Shown in pieces: positions 60,027 through 64,000 of a stretch of DNA of 64,000 nt. Source of the DNA: an uncultured Spirochaetota bacterium (lineage in GTDB: Bacteria; Spirochaetota; Spirochaetia; SZUA-6; Fen-1364); contig CAWGAA010000001.1 in assembly GCA_963820525.1 (NCBI GenBank), positions 192,001 to 256,000 on the forward strand, read 5' to 3'. Below the pieces are notes generated by a model. The model did not search any database and was not told the DNA's origin. It was given only the letters and a program-made list of their open reading frames with translations. Numbering within the stretch: position 1 is the first letter of the stretch; the number at the start of each line of letters is the position of its first letter. Position numbers and translations under genes: made by a program.

Positions 60027-60472
60027 AACTTCTTCTCCGTATCGATGAGGATCGTGACAGGCCCCACATTGGTGTACGTGACTTCCATGAGAGCGGCAAA
60101 CTCTCCGCTTGCAACAGTCAGGCCCGTGGCCTCGAGCTCCCTGAGCGTATTCTCGTACAAGGCGCGTGCCTTGTACGGCTGGGCCGCATCGGAGTACGAC
60201 GGCCTTCGGCCCTGCCGGGCATCCGCGTACAGGGTGAATTGGGAGACGACGATAATGCCGCCCCCCGTCTGTCGGATGGAGAGGTTCATTTTTCCGGCGT
60301 CATCGGGAAAAACTCTCACGTTTATTATCTTGTCGACGATGGCGTGCACGTCCTGGTCCGTGTCGTTTCTGCCCACCCCGAGATAGACGAGGAGACCGGC
60401 GCCAATGCTCCCCGTCTCCCTTTCCCCCACCCGCACGGAGCAGCGGGATACCCTCTGGACCACGGCGCGCAT
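60023..60472 (-). CDS. dtd: D-aminoacyl-tRNA deacylase
   Basis: MRAVVQRV, VSQFTL, GRRPS, NVGPVT. Confidence 0.97.
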   Translation of the reverse strand: MRAVVQRVSRCSVRVGERETGSIGAGLLVYLGVGRNDTDQDVHAIVDKIINVRVFPDDAGKMNLSIRQTGGGIIVVSQFTLYADARQGRRPSYSDAAQPYKARALYENTLRELEATGLTVASGEFAALMEVTYTNVGPVTILIDTEKKF

Positions 60473-60490
60473 GCTCGGATCCTTGGCAAT

Positions 60491-61573
60491 CTACTGAGGC
60501 ACGAGCTTGTGCAGCGATATCCCGTCCAGAGCAAGCCTGCCGTCCTCGGAGGAGACTCGGGCGAGAACCTCGAGGGGCATTCCGTTTTGGAGCTCCGCGG
60601 CGAAAGACAGGCTGACGGGAACGATGCCCTCGAGCTCCTTCTTCTGGTCGTAGCCGACCAGGAAATCGAAGCGAATGGCGTCCTTGCCCACCGAAAGGTT
60701 CGCTACCAGGCCTTTCCACAGCACGCTGGCCCCGTCATACAACGGCGGATCCTTGGCCACGTCCCTGTAGGAGAACCCGTCCCTGAAGGTGGTGAAACTG
60801 GGCTTTTCTACAAAGCCCTTGAGAATCCTGACGCGCTCCTTGACGGGAAGCGAAGCATTGGACAGGAGGATTCGATTGATCTCGACGGCCGCCAGGTTGT
60901 CCCGGGATGAGAGCAGGTCCCTCTTTGCCTGCTCGAATCCCCTGAGAACCTGCCTCTCGGTGAGGGTGTAGGGAGAAGAAGAATCGGCTGCGCCGTTTTC
61001 GATGAGGCGGGGAAGGTTGTTGGGGATCTCCACTTCAGCGATTCCCCGCCTGGCGGGCGGGGGAAACGGAATGACGCGATAGCCTATGTATCCGAGCCCG
61101 ACCGCGATGAGGGCAACGAGAATCCCAACGACGAAGGGTACCACGGTGATGCGGGGGGGAAGAGGCGGATACAGCCGGTTGATTCGGGAGGAATCGACCA
61201 GCTCCTGGAGCTGATCGGGGGCGAGCCCCCTTCTCAGGATCTCCATGCCGCGCCTGGCCACCGCATTCGAGGGCTCGCTTTCCAGCACCTCGAGCCACAG
61301 AGCGAGGGCCTTCTCGGTTTCCGCCCGCCGCACGTGGATTGCCGCGAGGCCGAGGGCGGCCTTCACGTTTCCGCCGTCGAGCTGCCGCGCCCTGCCGAGG
61401 TACGAGAACGCGCCGCCAAGGTCGCCGGTGCGCAGGCAGGAGAGCCCGAGGAGAAGGAAATAGTCGATGCTTTCCCTGAAACGGAAGACTTCCGGCTCGA
61501 GGAACCGAATGACATCGGGGAACTTCCTGGCTCGAAAGAGTCTCTTCGCCTCCCCAAGGCTCTTGCCCTGCAT
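60491..61573 (-). CDS. TPR-TM-OB-fold-like membrane protein
   Basis: N-terminal TPRs, one TM helix, C-terminal VLWKGLVAN...LEVLARV. Confidence 0.7.
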   Translation of the reverse strand: MQGKSLGEAKRLFRARKFPDVIRFLEPEVFRFRESIDYFLLLGLSCLRTGDLGGAFSYLGRARQLDGGNVKAALGLAAIHVRRAETEKALALWLEVLESEPSNAVARRGMEILRRGLAPDQLQELVDSSRINRLYPPLPPRITVVPFVVGILVALIAVGLGYIGYRVIPFPPPARRGIAEVEIPNNLPRLIENGAADSSSPYTLTERQVLRGFEQAKRDLLSSRDNLAAVEINRILLSNASLPVKERVRILKGFVEKPSFTTFRDGFSYRDVAKDPPLYDGASVLWKGLVANLSVGKDAIRFDFLVGYDQKKELEGIVPVSLSFAAELQNGMPLEVLARVSSEDGRLALDGISLHKLVPQ

Positions 61574-61596
61574 CCGACGGCTCCCCCGCTTCACTT

Positions 61597-62673
61597 TCAG
61601 TTCTTCTGGTACGAGGCGATGCGTCTCTTCAGCTCCGTCAGCGCCTGAGTCATGAGGGCAAGCTCGTCGTCCGTCACGGGCTGCCCGGAGGCGAGCTTGG
61701 CGTCGATGGATTCGAGAAGCGTGTTGATCGCGTTCAGATCCGCGCGCGCAGCCAGTTCCTTGTCCGGGATGTTCTTCGAGGCGTCGAGGGCCTGCTTCAG
61801 CGCGGCGCTGAGGTCCCGCGCGCCCCGGGCGGAGGCGGGGAGAATCGAGAACCCTTCGGGGGCCGAGCGTCCCATCACGGTGACCACCCGCCATTCGGCG
61901 CCCTGGTCGAGCGGCCGCGGATCGAAGTAATGGCTGACGGCGGAGTCATTGACGGAATACGGCAGGAGGTTGAAGTTGCGCGTCCCCGAGGTCTCGTACC
62001 CCCAGCTCGCGTCGCTCAGTCTCTTCCAGTTGGCGAACACCACCCGGTCGGGCACGCTGATCCCCTCTCCGGAAAGCATGCACATCAGGCCGAACTGCTC
62101 CGGATCTCCCACCAGGGGAGAGATCCAGGAGAGGGCTCTGTCGTCCTTGGCGAGCGTGAGCTCGCGGCTGATCTCGGGAATCTTATCAGTGCGGAAATGG
62201 ACGTAGCTGGGCTCTCCGAGGGAGGTGTCGAAGAGGTAGCGCACCCCCACGGTGAGCGATTGCTGGGAGACATTCTTGAGGACAAGGTCGATGCGCACGC
62301 CGTCCGCCAGAGGCGATCCGGCGGACGAAACGAAGGAGAAGTCCTCCGTCACGCGAAGCATCGGGGAAGTCCAGACGAAACGGGCGCCGCCGTCCGTGCG
62401 TTCGACGGATCCGCGAAACTCGGAGCTTTCCCCCAGGCGGTAGACCTTGTTGCCGATGGCGAGGCTGACAAACGAGGTCCGCGGGTCCTTGTCGGAGAGA
62501 AGCGCCTTGTAGGCTCCGCCCTTGACGTCGATCAGGTAGGCCATCGAGAAACGCCCGAGCCCCTCGAAGAGGGTCAGCTTCATTCTTCCCTGTTTCAGAT
62601 CCAGCGACCAAAGCGTTGGGCAGAGCAGCACCAGTGCCGCCACAGCGCCGAAGATTCGTGAACGCGCCGCCAT
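61597..62673 (-). CDS. exported beta-rich hypothetical protein
   Basis: Signal peptide; VRYLFDTSLGE; helical C-terminus. Confidence 0.7.
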   Translation of the reverse strand: MAARSRIFGAVAALVLLCPTLWSLDLKQGRMKLTLFEGLGRFSMAYLIDVKGGAYKALLSDKDPRTSFVSLAIGNKVYRLGESSEFRGSVERTDGGARFVWTSPMLRVTEDFSFVSSAGSPLADGVRIDLVLKNVSQQSLTVGVRYLFDTSLGEPSYVHFRTDKIPEISRELTLAKDDRALSWISPLVGDPEQFGLMCMLSGEGISVPDRVVFANWKRLSDASWGYETSGTRNFNLLPYSVNDSAVSHYFDPRPLDQGAEWRVVTVMGRSAPEGFSILPASARGARDLSAALKQALDASKNIPDKELAARADLNAINTLLESIDAKLASGQPVTDDELALMTQALTELKRRIASYQKN

Positions 62674-63728
62674 CACCGTTTCCCCCCGTTGCGCTCGAGC
62701 CACGCGAGGTATGCCTCCTTCAGGGCAAGGGCATCCTGCTTGACCTCGAGCATCCGCGAGACGCGATCCAGATCCGCTTTGCGCTTCTCGATGTCCTGGA
62801 GGCTCGCCGCTGCCGCCGCCGCCTGCGCCTGCGCCGCCGCCACTTCGGCCGGAGACGGGGCCGTTGCCTGGGCCTGCGCCGTGGCCAGCGCCGCCGCCTG
62901 GTCCGCCAGCTGATCCTTCAAGTCCTGGATCTGGGCGGATAGGGCTTCCGCTTCCGCGCTCTTTTTCTCCAGAGAGCTTCGAAGGTCGGCGATTGTTTTT
63001 TCATCCTGGAGCTGGCCCGTGGAGGCGAGTTTCTTCTGCAGAGACTCGATGGCCTGCTGGTAGGTTCTCTCCCGGAGCTGGAACTGCTCCACGCTCTTGA
63101 GGAAATCCTCGTGGCTCCATTTCACCAGCTTGGTCAGCTCCAGCTCGCGGCGCACAAGGTCGATCACCGAAAGCCGGTATTGAGCCGTCTCCACCTTGAA
63201 GCTCGAGGGGTAGTCGACGACGATTTTCTTGAATACGGCGCTCGCCTCGTCGAGCCTGCCGAGATTGTAGAGGCTCTCCGCAACCCAGAAATATGCGTTG
63301 GCCACGAGAGAAGATTGGGGATACTTGGAGAGGAACTGCTGGAGCTGCTGGATGGTATTATCGTATTCCTCCTGCATGAACAGGAGCCTGCCCTTCTGGT
63401 AGAGGGCCTCGCCGTAGTCGACGCCTCCCGGAAAGCTGGCGAGGTAGGTCTCGAGGTATTTCTCCGCCTCTTCCAGCCTTCCGACCGCCATGTAGGCCTT
63501 GGCGAGCCAGAAATACCCGGAGGCCTTCAGCACGGGAGTGGCCGACGTGTCGAGTAGGACGTTTTGAAACGCCGTGATGGCATTATCGTAGAGACCGCTG
63601 GTGAACAGCCGTATCCCTTCCTGAAGGTCCTCCTTGGCCCCCTCGTTCGCCGCCGGGAGAGAGGGCGCCACCGCCATGAGGAGCGACAGGATCATGGGCA
63701 GGATGCTCGCCTTCGCGATATATGCCAT
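62673..63728 (-). CDS. exported TPR (CpoB/BamD-like) + coiled-coil protein
   Basis: FLSKYPQSSLVANAYFWVAE; Ala/Gln-rich coiled coil. Confidence 0.8.
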   Translation of the reverse strand: MAYIAKASILPMILSLLMAVAPSLPAANEGAKEDLQEGIRLFTSGLYDNAITAFQNVLLDTSATPVLKASGYFWLAKAYMAVGRLEEAEKYLETYLASFPGGVDYGEALYQKGRLLFMQEEYDNTIQQLQQFLSKYPQSSLVANAYFWVAESLYNLGRLDEASAVFKKIVVDYPSSFKVETAQYRLSVIDLVRRELELTKLVKWSHEDFLKSVEQFQLRERTYQQAIESLQKKLASTGQLQDEKTIADLRSSLEKKSAEAEALSAQIQDLKDQLADQAAALATAQAQATAPSPAEVAAAQAQAAAAAASLQDIEKRKADLDRVSRMLEVKQDALALKEAYLAWLERNGGKR

Positions 63729-63823
63729 GAGCGTATTCTTCTCCTAATTAGTCTTTCGACCCGGGAAAGAAAGAACTCAAATCCAAATTTCCTCCCCCAT
63801 GGTTCGCGGCGACCTTCTCTCCC

Positions 63824-64000
63824 CTACCGTGCGGGGCCGCCGCGAAGCATCTCGACCTCTGCCTTGGGATCCGGAGAGTCGAATATCGCGGAGCCGGCCA
63901 CGATGACCTCGGCTCCGGCATCCAGTGCAAGGCGGATCGTCTTGCTGTGGATCCCGCCGTCCACCTCTACGAGGTAGCTGTAGCCTTTCTCCTCCTTGAG
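63824..64000 (-). CDS. rpe: ribulose-phosphate 3-epimerase, 3' end (partial)
   Basis: My translation: ...YLVEVDGGIHSKTIRLALDAGAEVIVAGSAIF...*. Confidence 0.92.
   Translation of the reverse strand, partial: LKEEKGYSYLVEVDGGIHSKTIRLALDAGAEVIVAGSAIFDSPDPKAEVEMLRGGPAR

Overview
This is a GC-rich, gene-dense chromosomal window from a spirochaete (Spirochaetia). The taxonomic markers are cfpA, a TP0733-like OMP, and a VWA protein next to a pallilysin-like lipoprotein. It is mostly housekeeping: nusB, map, miaB, purB-purA-guaA, a complete H-I-K-E-C-F-A-B-D V/A-type ATPase, ispG, a recA-folK-scpAB-rluB-cmk-rpsA run, prs, mutY-like, dtd and rpe, plus many TPR proteins and lipoproteins. I found no rRNA, tRNA, CRISPR array or intact mobile element. 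The most interesting locus is cfpA, followed by an uncharacterised gene with a C-terminal HPr-like domain that keeps a His at the phosphoacceptor position, followed by a PPDK homologue. The PPDK homologue has lost its ATP-site residues but keeps its PEP site and phospho-His. This suggests a PEP-driven, PTS Enzyme I-like phosphorelay linked to the cytoplasmic filament (inference). At least five conserved genes carry single-base frameshifts, probably long-read errors, and one of these creates an apparent PurA-GuaA fusion. Several genes appear to use CTG or ACG starts or leaderless transcripts. All family assignments come from motif recognition by eye, not from database searches.
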